DNA of 48,788 bases from Candidatus Micrarchaeota archaeon (lineage in GTDB: Archaea; Micrarchaeota; Micrarchaeia; Micrarchaeales; CABMGC01). Below, piece after piece: positions 26,721 through 36,063 of the stretch (the first letter of the stretch is position 1; each line of letters begins with the position of its first letter). The position numbers and the translations under genes were made by a program. The DNA lies in NCBI GenBank assembly GCA_046536675.1, contig JAWDMK010000003.1, forward strand, positions 1 through 48,788. Direction: 5' to 3'. The notes beneath the pieces were generated by a model. The model saw only the letters and a list, made by a program, of their open reading frames with translations, was not told the origin of the DNA and did no database searches.

Positions 26721-27923
26721 ATGAAGATAGCAATTGTTTCTGACTTTCATCTTGGCTATGAGCGCTTTTATGAAGATGCATATCTTCAAGCAAAAGAGGC
26801 GCTTGAAAAAGCTTCTTCAATGGCAGACATGCTTATAATACCTGGTGATTTGTTTGACAGCAGATCACCGAAACCAGAGGTGCTTGCCCAAGGTTTGAAT
26901 ATTTTTAGAAGCGTAGTGGCAGGCAAGAAGTGGGAAGCAAAAGTAACAAGCTATGATGGACCAAGGGAAATCTATACTAACCTGCCCATCCTCGCTATAT
27001 CTGGAACTCATGAGCGCCGTTCTGAAGAGGCTGAAGACGCTGTAGACCTCCTTGGCCTCGCAGGACTTCTTGTCAACATAAATGAGGCAAGGGCTATTGT
27101 AGAAAAAGATGGAGAAAAGGTTGCGGTATACGGAATTGGCGGCATATCCGAAGAGAGGTTTAGGGATGTGCTAAAGAAAAAAGACCCTAAGCCTATAGAT
27201 TCGATGTTCAATGTTTTTGTCTTCCATCAGTCTGTATACGATCTTATGCCATTTGACAAAAACTTCATAAGCCTCGATGAGCTTCCAAAAGGTTTTGATC
27301 TGTATATAGATGGCCACATACATTCAAAGGTTGAGAAAATGGTTCATTCTAAACCATTCCTCATTCCGGGGAGCACAGTACTTACCCAGCTTAAAGAAGA
27401 AGAAACAGAAAGCAAAGGTTTCTTTTTATTTGATACAAAGAACAGTGAGTATAAATTCATAGAGATAAATTCAAGGAAGTTTTATGTGGTAAAGGTAGAT
27501 GTTACAGGAAAGAACCCTTCACTTGTTTTGAAAGAAGCCGAAGAAAGGATAAGTGGTTTTATCAGAAAAGATGATAAGCCCATAATAAGACTTATACTTA
27601 CTGGAGAAGCAGGCAAGGGTTTCAAGGAAAGTGATTTCGAGCTTCTTGCATTGGCTAAGAAATTTGAGGGCAAGGCGATAGTTGAAGTAAGCAAGGATAT
27701 AAAAGATAAAGAAGCAGAAAGCGAGATAGAAGCATTAAGAAATAAAGCGATTGAAAACATTTCAATAAAAGACTTTGGCACTAGCGTGTTTTTAAAAGAG
27801 CTAGAAAGCAATGGCTATAAACTAGATGTTAACCCAACAGATCTATTTGAAGTACTTAGCTCTGAAAAGAATAAAGAAAAGGCAATAAGCAAGGCGCTGT
27901 CGCTGCTTTTCAAGAGCTCATAG
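26721..27923 (+). CDS. mre11: Mre11/SbcD-family DNA repair nuclease
   Basis: SDFHLG, GDLFD, GTHE, FHQ, GHIH, PGS, KGF, capping domain. Confidence 0.85.
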   Translation: MKIAIVSDFHLGYERFYEDAYLQAKEALEKASSMADMLIIPGDLFDSRSPKPEVLAQGLNIFRSVVAGKKWEAKVTSYDGPREIYTNLPILAISGTHERRSEEAEDAVDLLGLAGLLVNINEARAIVEKDGEKVAVYGIGGISEERFRDVLKKKDPKPIDSMFNVFVFHQSVYDLMPFDKNFISLDELPKGFDLYIDGHIHSKVEKMVHSKPFLIPGSTVLTQLKEEETESKGFFLFDTKNSEYKFIEINSRKFYVVKVDVTGKNPSLVLKEAEERISGFIRKDDKPIIRLILTGEAGKGFKESDFELLALAKKFEGKAIVEVSKDIKDKEAESEIEALRNKAIENISIKDFGTSVFLKELESNGYKLDVNPTDLFEVLSSEKNKEKAISKALSLLFKSS

Positions 27924-29306
27924 TATCTTGTTTTTATATTTCCAGTATTTGTAAAGCTCTGCCAACGCGGAAGCTGCTGCCATTGGTGAATCATATACCG
28001 GAAGCCCTGAACTCTCCATCATGATCTTGTGTGTCTGAGTAAAATCGGAACCTGTAGTTACTACAATCATAGGTTTCTCTATGTTCTTCTTGAAGTAGAT
28101 GAGTTTTTCAGCTACAGAAGAATCGGCTCCTGGTGTTTGGAACAAAGCAATAACAATAAACATGTCTATATTTGGATCCTTTGAGATTATTGAAAGTGCA
28201 TCGCTATATCTTTTTTCATCAGCGTCACCCGCTAAGTCGAGAGGGTTTCTTATATTTACAATATCGGGCATTACCTTCCTAAGCTCCCTTTTTGTTTCTT
28301 CACTAAATTCTGCTAGCCTCAAGCCGTTCAGGTATACAGCATCTGTTGCAAGCACACCGGTTCCGCCGCCATTTGTAACAATAGCTACCCTATCTCCCTT
28401 CGGCAGATTCTCACTTGAAAATATTTTTGCAAAGTTTAGGAGTTCGCTAAGGTCCTTTGCCTTTATGAATCCAAACTGCTTAAATAAGGCATCATAAGCT
28501 TCGTTATTTCCCGCTAATGATGCGGTATGCGAGTGTGCAGCTTTTGCGCCTTCATCTGTAACGCCCGCCTTTATAACGATGACAGGCTTTACTTTGGTTA
28601 CCTTCTTTGCTATCTCTATCAATTCCTTTCCCCTCTTAACACCTTCTATATACATAACAATTACTTCGGTCTGCTTGTCATGCAAAAGATATTCTAGCAA
28701 GTCAACTTCATCAACATAAGCAGCATTTCCATAAGAGATAAATTTAGAAAGACCAAAGCCTTCTTTTGCTATAAGGTCTAGTATAGTGCTCCCAACAGCA
28801 CCACTCTGTGTTACAAAGCTTACCCCACCAACGCGTGGTCTGCTAAGCTTATAAGTTGGCAAGAAGAGGGTGTCTACTTTTGATAAAGGATCCATTATGC
28901 CAAGACAGTTTGGGCCGAGCATTGCAATATTATATCTCTTTGCTATCTCAACAATCTTATCCTGTAGCTCCACATTGCCTACTTCTGCAAAACCGCCACT
29001 TATTACTACAGCAGTTTTTACCTTCGCCTTTCCGCATTCTTCAAGCACGCTTGGCACAACCGGCGCAGGAACAGCTATAACAGCAAGGTCTATACTTTTC
29101 TTAATCTCAAGTACACTTCTATAAGCGGTGAGTCCTATTATTTTTTCACCTGGTGCTATGTTTTTGTTCACCGGATAAAGCTCACCACTAAACCCATTAT
29201 CTATATAATTTTGAAGTATGATGTGGCCGACCTTATTTGGGTCCCTAGATGCACCTATCACAGCAACAGATTTTGGATTCATCATTGGTCTTAAGTCTAC
29301 CCTCAC
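27918..29306 (-). CDS. acdA: Acetate--CoA ligase (ADP-forming) alpha subunit
   Basis: PKSVAVIGAS, GPNCLG, QSGA, SHTASLAG phospho-His, NPLDL-GDA. Confidence 0.93.
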   Translation of the reverse strand: MRVDLRPMMNPKSVAVIGASRDPNKVGHIILQNYIDNGFSGELYPVNKNIAPGEKIIGLTAYRSVLEIKKSIDLAVIAVPAPVVPSVLEECGKAKVKTAVVISGGFAEVGNVELQDKIVEIAKRYNIAMLGPNCLGIMDPLSKVDTLFLPTYKLSRPRVGGVSFVTQSGAVGSTILDLIAKEGFGLSKFISYGNAAYVDEVDLLEYLLHDKQTEVIVMYIEGVKRGKELIEIAKKVTKVKPVIVIKAGVTDEGAKAAHSHTASLAGNNEAYDALFKQFGFIKAKDLSELLNFAKIFSSENLPKGDRVAIVTNGGGTGVLATDAVYLNGLRLAEFSEETKRELRKVMPDIVNIRNPLDLAGDADEKRYSDALSIISKDPNIDMFIVIALFQTPGADSSVAEKLIYFKKNIEKPMIVVTTGSDFTQTHKIMMESSGLPVYDSPMAAASALAELYKYWKYKNKIL

Positions 29307-29315
29307 GCAATTACC

Positions 29316-29927
29316 CTATTCTATTATCCTCAAATCAACCGCATCATAGCCGTTTTCTCTTATTATTATAGGATTCAGATCAAGTTCTTTTATATCATTT
29401 TCTTCAAGCATCTTCGATACCTTAAGCAGAAGATCGATTAAGGTTTTGCTCGCCTTGCCATTATATGTTATTACATCTTTTGACTTTAGTTCAAGGAGCA
29501 TCTTCTCCGCATCATATCTATTTATTGGGCATATACGTAGTGAGAAATCCTTAAAAGCTTCGACGAACACACCGCCAAGACCTATAAGTATAAGCTTTCC
29601 GAACTGCACATCTTCACGCCCGCCAATTATCACCTCTATACCAGGACTAGCCATTTTCTGTGCAAGTATTTTGAACGGTGCATACGCCTTTGCCCTCTTC
29701 AAAAGTTCATTGTATCTGCTAACTGCGTTCTCTTTGTTTACATTAAGCATTACAAGCCCAGATTTTGACTTATGCAGTGCTTTTTCTGATATTGCTTTTA
29801 GAACAATGTTTTGGTTCTTATCAATGAATTTTTTAAGCTCGTCTACATTATTAATGTATGCACTTTCTATGCTAGCTATTCCATACTTCTCAAGAAGTTT
29901 CTTGGCTTTCATGTATTCCAATAGCAT
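29316..29927 (-). CDS. acdB: Acetate--CoA ligase (ADP-forming) beta subunit (ATP-grasp)
   Basis: HKSKSGLV, EVIIG--ED-QFG, GLGGVFVE, ELDLNP, AVD-R. Confidence 0.9.
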   Translation of the reverse strand: MLLEYMKAKKLLEKYGIASIESAYINNVDELKKFIDKNQNIVLKAISEKALHKSKSGLVMLNVNKENAVSRYNELLKRAKAYAPFKILAQKMASPGIEVIIGGREDVQFGKLILIGLGGVFVEAFKDFSLRICPINRYDAEKMLLELKSKDVITYNGKASKTLIDLLLKVSKMLEENDIKELDLNPIIIRENGYDAVDLRIIE

Positions 29928-29932
29928 GTAAA

Positions 29933-30595
29933 TCAGATAAGGTGCTTATAATAAAGTGCAAAGACAATAATTATTATCAGCACAATGGCTAAGATTATTG
30001 TAGCCATTTTTGAGCCTTTGCCGTGCACTTTTACATTTTGCGCTGCCTGTGCTTCCAGCCCGTGGTCTGTTGGCTCAGCGGCTCCTGCCTGCTGTGCGCT
30101 TGGTTGTGTGGTTTGCTGCATACCTTGTGCTTTTGGTACAGCTAAAAATCCCTTCTCTGTGAGCATTATCTCTATACCCCCATTCTTTAGTTCGTAGGTA
30201 ATATATTCCTGCTTTGAAAGTTTGTATAATCTTAATGCAAGGTCCTTGGGCCTTAGATTTAGGCTTGCACCAAGTTCACTTGGATTTCTTCTGCCTCCAG
30301 AAAGCTGTGCAAGAATTGTTTTGTCAAGATCGTCAAATGGTTCTGTGCTTTTTGCATTTGCTTCATCTATTAGTTTCTTGCCATCATCTGTGAGGAGCAT
30401 TTTGCTAGGCCCGGGATAGCTTGCTGAAAAGTCGATAAGCCCCTTTTGCTTTAAGGTGCCAGCAACCTTTGAGCCATCAAAAAAGCTTGCATTTATAAGG
30501 CCTCCGAATTTTTCTAATACTGTATCTGGGGTTATCTTGGTTATGCATACAAGATCCATAAAGTCTACATCATCACTAGCCATAAAATCAAGCAT
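29933..30595 (-). CDS. Hypothetical protein: two winged-helix-like repeats, Q/A linker, C-terminal TM anchor
   Basis: LKQKGLI...LTDDGK and LSKQEYI...LTEKGF wing motifs; terminal hydrophobic helix followed by YYKHLI. Confidence 0.75.
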   Translation of the reverse strand: MLDFMASDDVDFMDLVCITKITPDTVLEKFGGLINASFFDGSKVAGTLKQKGLIDFSASYPGPSKMLLTDDGKKLIDEANAKSTEPFDDLDKTILAQLSGGRRNPSELGASLNLRPKDLALRLYKLSKQEYITYELKNGGIEIMLTEKGFLAVPKAQGMQQTTQPSAQQAGAAEPTDHGLEAQAAQNVKVHGKGSKMATIILAIVLIIIIVFALYYKHLI

Positions 30596-30674
30596 ATATA
30601 AAATCTTAAAATCTATAAAACTATAACTTTATATTTTTATAAGAATAATTGATAAAAAGACTGAGAGTGTTTAT

Positions 30675-31925
30675 TTGGAAATCCAGTTTTTAGGAGGAGC
30701 AAGCGAGGTTGGAAGATCCGCAATACTAATCAAGGACGAAAAGAAGATCCTTCTTGATTACGGCATAAAAATAGACGACAAAATAGAGTATCCTATGCAG
30801 GTGGGCAGCGTAGATATAGCTATACTAAGCCATGCACACCTTGATCATAGTGGATTTTTTCCGACCCTCTTCTTTGGAAATTATCCAACAACGATTATGA
30901 CAGAACCTACAGCACAGCTTAGCGAGCTTCTTATAAAAGATTCAATGAAAATAAACAGAAGACAGCACGCAAAGCAGAATTTCTTCAAAAAGCAGCTCAA
31001 CATGCTAATGAGCAAGTACATAAAATATGAGTATGGCGTTCCAATAGAGAATAATGGCTATTATATTACACTCTATGATGCTGGTCATATAAGTGGAAGC
31101 GCCATTACACTTATAGAGAAGATAAGCAATGACAAGAGAATAGTTTATACAGGCGACTTCAAACTGCAACCACAAATACTTCAAGGCAGTGCAGATATTG
31201 TAGAGGGAAATATCTTAATAATAGAGTCAACATATGCAAACAAAGAGCACCCAGATAGAAGCGAGCTTATAAGAAAGTTTATTAATGAGGTAAAGGAGGT
31301 GATTGACAACAACGGCACAGCCCTTGTTCCCTCTTTTGCTGTGGGCAGAGCACAAGAGATGCTTGCAATATTATACATGAACAAGCTCATAGACTATACT
31401 TACATAGATGGAATGGCCAAGGCAGCTTCAGAGATAGTAATAAATTATCCAGAGTTTACAAGGAACAAAGACATATTGCTCGGTGCACTTAAGAATGCCC
31501 ACTGGATAGGCATGCATGCAGAGAGGTCTGAACCCCTTCAAAGACCGAGCATTATAGTAACCACCGCAGGCATGCTAAATGGTGGGCCTGCCTTGGATTA
31601 CATAACAAAATTAAATAAAAACTCAAAGATATTCCTTACAGGCTATCAAGTAGAAGGTACAAATGGCAGAAGACTTATGGAAGGCAAGCCTATAAAAATA
31701 AACGGTAGAAAATTCAAAGTCGAAACCCCTTTTGAATTCTTCGATTTCTCAGCACATGCAGGAAAAGCAGACCTTTACGAATATGTAAGAAGGAGCAACC
31801 CTGAGACTGTAATTTGCGTGCATGGAGATAGTGAAAACACTAAGCTGTTTGCAGAGACACTAAAGCTCGAAGGATTCGATGCATATGCGCCAAAGGTTGG
31901 AAATAGGCTTAAGATTGACTTCTAA
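30675..31925 (+). CDS. MBL-fold beta-CASP ribonuclease (aCPSF2-like, no KH domains)
   Basis: LGGASEVGRS, SHAHLDHSG, AGHISG, YTGD, ESTY, FSAHA, VHGD. Confidence 0.92.
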   Translation: MEIQFLGGASEVGRSAILIKDEKKILLDYGIKIDDKIEYPMQVGSVDIAILSHAHLDHSGFFPTLFFGNYPTTIMTEPTAQLSELLIKDSMKINRRQHAKQNFFKKQLNMLMSKYIKYEYGVPIENNGYYITLYDAGHISGSAITLIEKISNDKRIVYTGDFKLQPQILQGSADIVEGNILIIESTYANKEHPDRSELIRKFINEVKEVIDNNGTALVPSFAVGRAQEMLAILYMNKLIDYTYIDGMAKAASEIVINYPEFTRNKDILLGALKNAHWIGMHAERSEPLQRPSIIVTTAGMLNGGPALDYITKLNKNSKIFLTGYQVEGTNGRRLMEGKPIKINGRKFKVETPFEFFDFSAHAGKADLYEYVRRSNPETVICVHGDSENTKLFAETLKLEGFDAYAPKVGNRLKIDF

Positions 31926-31927
31926 GC

Positions 31928-32320
31928 TCACGCATTCTCGTCTTCTTCTCCGCCCTCTCCAAATTCATCTGTGTCTTCTTCCCTATCAAACTCTTCGCTT
32001 GTTTTAAGCTCCTCCTCCTTATTCGAACCTTTTTCTATTACCTCTATCTTTCCATATTTGCCTGCTGAAAGCTGCGGAGTGCCCCTAAATTCACTCACAT
32101 AGCCGTTTGTGATCCTTACCTTGTCACCTACCTCTATTGTATCTATATCATTCCCCCAGACTGTAAGCAATATGCTTCCTGTTTCATCCTTGAGGGTAAC
32201 ATTAGCAACATTCAGCCTTTTTCCATACTTTGTTACTACCTCCCTAGGCTCCTGCTTTTCAGTAACAGTAGCCTCGATGTTTACGTTGGATGCACCTGCC
32301 TTTAAATCACTTATCTTCAT
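31928..32320 (-). CDS. ssb: Single-stranded DNA-binding protein (single OB fold, acidic tail)
   Basis: MKISDLK...DETGSI-LTVWG...NGYVSEFRG-PQL; E/D-rich C-terminus. Confidence 0.9.
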   Translation of the reverse strand: MKISDLKAGASNVNIEATVTEKQEPREVVTKYGKRLNVANVTLKDETGSILLTVWGNDIDTIEVGDKVRITNGYVSEFRGTPQLSAGKYGKIEVIEKGSNKEEELKTSEEFDREEDTDEFGEGGEEDENA

Positions 32321-32415
32321 TAGCTCACCAATTAGAATTCACTTTATATAGAAGGGATTAATTATAATAATCTTTGTCTCTTTTCTGGAAATTTTATTCA
32401 GGCTTATTTACTTTT

Positions 32416-32922
32416 TTATATGTTTGCCAGCTTTTCCCCGAGCTTCTTAACTTTTTCAATTTCACTCTCGCTTAGTGTTGCTCTTTTCTCCACAATATAG
32501 TCTGCAAGCCCTTCAAGTTCTGAAACAATATCTCTCTTTATTATGCTTTTGAATGGAAACCATGTGCTATCTATAATTTCTCTTCCCTCTTTTGTTATCT
32601 TATAGTATTTTTTCCCATTATCCTCTTCCACTTCTATATAACCTTCATCGCTCATTTCCTTTAGGAAAAAGTATAAGCTTCCTGGAGAAGGCCTCCAATA
32701 GTAGTTGCTTATCTCCTCTATTCTCTTTGCAATTTCAGCTCCTGTTGCTTTACCCTCATTAAGCACTGCTAGTATAAAGTACCTGAGCCCAAAGCCATGC
32801 CTGCCAAATGGCCTCTGCATTGTACCCATTCCATAGCCTCGCATTCCAAATCCTCTTCCCATTCCTCTTCCAAATCCTCTTCCCATACCCATTCCTCTTC
32901 CAAAATAATTTTCTTCCATCAT
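32416..32922 (-). CDS. PadR-family transcriptional regulator with N-terminal GRG(M/F) repeats
   Basis: GLRYFIL..L...G-EI, WRPSPGSLY, KKYYKITKEG. Confidence 0.92.
   Translation of the reverse strand: MMEENYFGRGMGMGRGFGRGMGRGFGMRGYGMGTMQRPFGRHGFGLRYFILAVLNEGKATGAEIAKRIEEISNYYWRPSPGSLYFFLKEMSDEGYIEVEEDNGKKYYKITKEGREIIDSTWFPFKSIIKRDIVSELEGLADYIVEKRATLSESEIEKVKKLGEKLANI
32844..32904. repeat. Coding tandem repeat (12-bp unit TCCTCTTCC-AAA/CAT) encoding GRGF/GRGM
   Basis: Four copies of TCCTCTTCC inside the padR 5' end. Confidence 0.85.
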
Positions 32923-32940
32923 CTTATCACCTTATCGTAA

Positions 32941-32965
32941 TTAGATATCTATTATAGATATCTAA
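32941..32965. promoter_or_regulatory. Perfect 11-3-11 palindrome, probable PadR autoregulatory operator
   Basis: TTAGATATCTA-TTA-TAGATATCTAA lies between the padR TATA box (minus strand, about 32971-32977) and the start codon. Confidence 0.7.
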
Positions 32966-33204
32966 AATAGATATAAATACTTTTCGGTTTGTGCTGGTTA
33001 ATAAGTTAATACAAGTAATCAAACAGATCCACATACAGATCCATATTTGATATCTGAAGTCAATATCTCTGTTTTTCCGTGCTTTGTGTTGACAAAAACC
33101 CTAAAAAAACATTAAGAATTATCAATAAACCATGTAAGAAGCAAAGCAGAAAAAGTCTTTTAAAACAATAGATAATTTATAATTCTTTATTGCTTAATTA
33201 TTAA

Positions 33205-34443
33205 ATGAGTTCTATGCCTGAAATCTTCGAGAATCTATTAAAAGAGTCAAGTATCTTTGCAAATAGGGACGCGCTTTCACCCCATTATATGCCAAATAAC
33301 CTTCTTTTTAGGGAAAAGCAGATTGATGGCATTGTAAAATACCTAACCCCTTCACTCAGAGGCGAAAGGGGAAGAAACCTCTTTATATACGGTAAAACAG
33401 GTACAGGCAAAACCTCTTGCATGAAATATGTAATAGAAAAGATAAAGGAGGTACCTGCCATAAAGGCAAAAATCTCCTACATAAATTGCAGAATATATAA
33501 CTCAAGGTATAGGGTTCTAAGCAAAATAGTAAACGACCATCTGCCTTCCTATGCAAAAAGAGGCTATGGTATAGTAGATATATACGAAAAGATAATAAAC
33601 TGGATAGAAGAAGATGGTAAAATACTTATTGTCGTGCTTGATGAAATTGATGTGGTAAAGGATCTTGATGATCTAATATATACACTCACAAGGGCCAACA
33701 GCGACATTAAAAATGGAGGTGTTACAATTGTTGGCATATCAAACAAAATTTCATTTAAAGAAGAGCTTGATCCGAGAAGCATATCAACCCTTTATGAGAA
33801 TGAACTAGTTTTCCCACCATATAATTCTACAGAGCTTGCAGCAATATTGAAGCAACGTGCTGAAATAAGTTTCAAGCCAGGCGTAATAGATGATTCTTCA
33901 ATAAATCTCGCCGCTGCGATAGCAGCTAAAGAAAGCGGCGATGCAAGGCTCGCACTCAAGATACTTTCAAAAGCTGGTGAGATTGCTGAGGAAAAAGGCC
34001 TTTCGAAGATAACAGCCAAGGAAATAAATGAGGCAGCAAAGTCTGCAGATGAGGAAGTTGCGTATGAGCTGGTAGGCACTCTTCCTGAACACCAGAAGCT
34101 AGTGCTATATGCAATATCCCTTCTAACAATGCAAGGCAGCAAGTACAAAAAACTTATGGACGATACAGAGAGCTATCTGTTTAGCGGAGAGGTTTACGAT
34201 AAGTATGTAGCAATATGTGGCTCATTGGGAAAAGAGCCAAAAAGCGCAAGGTGGTATAGAAATTATATACAAGACTTGGAGATGCAGGGCCTTATAACGA
34301 CATATGAATCAGGAAAAGGCATAAGAGGCCATACAAAGCTTATAAAATTATCTTATTCGCCTGACAGGATAAAGAGCATTATTGAAAAGGAATTCTTTAA
34401 GGAGAGTGAGGCAGAAGGCACAAAGAGTAATGATGAAAAATAA
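33205..34443 (+). CDS. cdc6: Orc1/Cdc6 replication initiator
   Basis: IFANRDALSP-Y-P, YGKTGTGKT, VLDEID, FPPY...IL-QR, GDAR-AL, C-terminal wHTH GIRGHT. Confidence 0.96.
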   Translation: MSSMPEIFENLLKESSIFANRDALSPHYMPNNLLFREKQIDGIVKYLTPSLRGERGRNLFIYGKTGTGKTSCMKYVIEKIKEVPAIKAKISYINCRIYNSRYRVLSKIVNDHLPSYAKRGYGIVDIYEKIINWIEEDGKILIVVLDEIDVVKDLDDLIYTLTRANSDIKNGGVTIVGISNKISFKEELDPRSISTLYENELVFPPYNSTELAAILKQRAEISFKPGVIDDSSINLAAAIAAKESGDARLALKILSKAGEIAEEKGLSKITAKEINEAAKSADEEVAYELVGTLPEHQKLVLYAISLLTMQGSKYKKLMDDTESYLFSGEVYDKYVAICGSLGKEPKSARWYRNYIQDLEMQGLITTYESGKGIRGHTKLIKLSYSPDRIKSIIEKEFFKESEAEGTKSNDEK

Positions 34444-34467
34444 TTGATTGCAGTTAGGCTAGATTGT

Positions 34468-34941
34468 ATGTTCTATGATATCGCTTACTTTGATGTAGAT
34501 AAAGGGCTGACTAAGCTTCTTGGCTACAAGAAAATATATTGCATAGGAAAAGATGTTACATTGAATGAAGACGGCGATTATATAATTGCAGACGCCCAGC
34601 TGCTTCATAGATTCAAACTGAGCAACATAATCGGGGTAAGAGTGAACAAGGTAAATAAAGCATTATTCCAAAAGATAAAAGAAAGTGATAAGCTCATAAT
34701 CATCGACATATCAAATCTTCTAAGCGGCGGGGATTTTATAAGAGAATATAACACCGCTAGAAACATATTAAGAAATGCAATCAAAATAGGCTTGCGCGTA
34801 TCGCTAGCAAGCTTTGCAAAAGATGAGGCACACTTAGTATCTGCTTTGCAGATGTTAGAGATTGCTAAATTTTTAGGTGCAGACGAAGATAAAGCAAAAG
34901 AGATATTGGGCAATGGCTATGATATTGAAAAGAAAGAGTAG
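34468..34941 (+). CDS. rnp3: RNase P protein subunit Rpp30 (short, divergent)
   Basis: MFYD start, ASFAKD--HLVS...FLG C-terminal motif; position upstream of pop5-psmA. Confidence 0.65.
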   Translation: MFYDIAYFDVDKGLTKLLGYKKIYCIGKDVTLNEDGDYIIADAQLLHRFKLSNIIGVRVNKVNKALFQKIKESDKLIIIDISNLLSGGDFIREYNTARNILRNAIKIGLRVSLASFAKDEAHLVSALQMLEIAKFLGADEDKAKEILGNGYDIEKKE

Positions 34942-35233
34942 ATATATATTGGTAATAAGTTCAAAGCCGATAGAATTAGGTTCAAACCTTAGCATGTTTT
35001 TTGATGAGCTATCCAAATATATTGGCCTGTTTGGGCTTGCTAAGCTTAGCCCTTATTTTGTAAAAAAGATCGGCGAGAAGGAATTTATATTTAGAATAGC
35101 CAGAGGGAGTGAGAGGGAGTTTATACTAGCGCTTTCATTTGTTAAGCTTAACGATGTTGCATTTTACTCTATACTCACCTCAGGCACAATAAAATCACTC
35201 ATCAGGAAATATAATGAAAAGAAAAAAAATTGA
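34919..35233 (+). CDS. rnp2: RNase P protein subunit Pop5 (Rpp14/Pop5)
   Basis: KRKSRYI, IG-FG, FIFRI-R, TSGTIKSL. Confidence 0.85.
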   Translation: MILKRKSRYILVISSKPIELGSNLSMFFDELSKYIGLFGLAKLSPYFVKKIGEKEFIFRIARGSEREFILALSFVKLNDVAFYSILTSGTIKSLIRKYNEKKKN

Positions 35234-35273
35234 ATTAGACATATTTTTGTCACATGCTCACAATCCACTAAAG

Positions 35274-35287
35274 CAAAAGTTTATATT
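35274..35287 (+). promoter_or_regulatory. BRE/TATA promoter upstream of psmA
   Basis: CAAAAG-TTTATATT in the pop5-psmA spacer. Confidence 0.5.
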
Positions 35288-35337
35288 ATTCACCAAATAT
35301 AATATTAAAGATACTTTTCATTTTCTAGGTGAAGAAT

Positions 35338-36033
35338 ATGTATCCAAATATACAAGCGTATGATAGAGGGGTAATGTTTAACCCTGATGGCAGGCTTTTT
35401 CAAGTAGAGTATGCCAAAGAGGCTGTAAGGAAAGGAGCAACCTCTATAGGTCTAATTGCAAAGGATAGCGTAATATTTGTGGCACATAAAAACATAACAG
35501 ATCCACTTGCTGTTCCGAGCACAATACAGAAGGTGTTTATGGTAGATTCACATATCGGTGCAACCTATAGCGGCATGGTCGCAGACGGTTTGCACATAAT
35601 CGGTATAGCGAGAGATTCAGCACAGCAGCACAGATTTATATTCAATGAAGTTAAGTCTATAGAATCTGTTGCAAAGGACCTAGCAGCATATATGATGCAG
35701 GCAACTCAATATGGTGGCATTAGGCCATATGCAGTATCTATTCTTATCGGTGGAATAGATACACAGCCAAGACTCTTTGAGATAGAACCAGGTGCATCGT
35801 TCCTTGGCTACAAGGCAGACGCAATAGGTTCAGGAAAGAAAGCGGCATCTGATATATTAGTAAAAGAGTATAAAGACAATATGCCACTTGATGATGCAAT
35901 TTCACTTGGAGTAAAGGTAATCAAAAAAGTGACAGAGACAAAGATTACTCCTGATAATCTTGATGTTGGCTATATCGAGGACGGGCATGAATTTACAATC
36001 CTGAATTCTGAAGAAATTGCAAAATATCTTTGA
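35338..36033 (+). CDS. psmA: Proteasome alpha subunit
   Basis: YDR...F-PDGRLFQVEYA, GG-RPY-VS, AIGSG. ATG 35338 follows an AGGTGA SD. Confidence 0.97.
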   Translation: MYPNIQAYDRGVMFNPDGRLFQVEYAKEAVRKGATSIGLIAKDSVIFVAHKNITDPLAVPSTIQKVFMVDSHIGATYSGMVADGLHIIGIARDSAQQHRFIFNEVKSIESVAKDLAAYMMQATQYGGIRPYAVSILIGGIDTQPRLFEIEPGASFLGYKADAIGSGKKAASDILVKEYKDNMPLDDAISLGVKVIKKVTETKITPDNLDVGYIEDGHEFTILNSEEIAKYL

Positions 36034-36063
36034 TTTTTATTATTTTATTATTTCTGTGAGATT

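Noticed and set aside
32844-32904. Possible CRISPR-like repeat
   Set aside because: No spacers; in-frame coding repeat; no cas genes in the window
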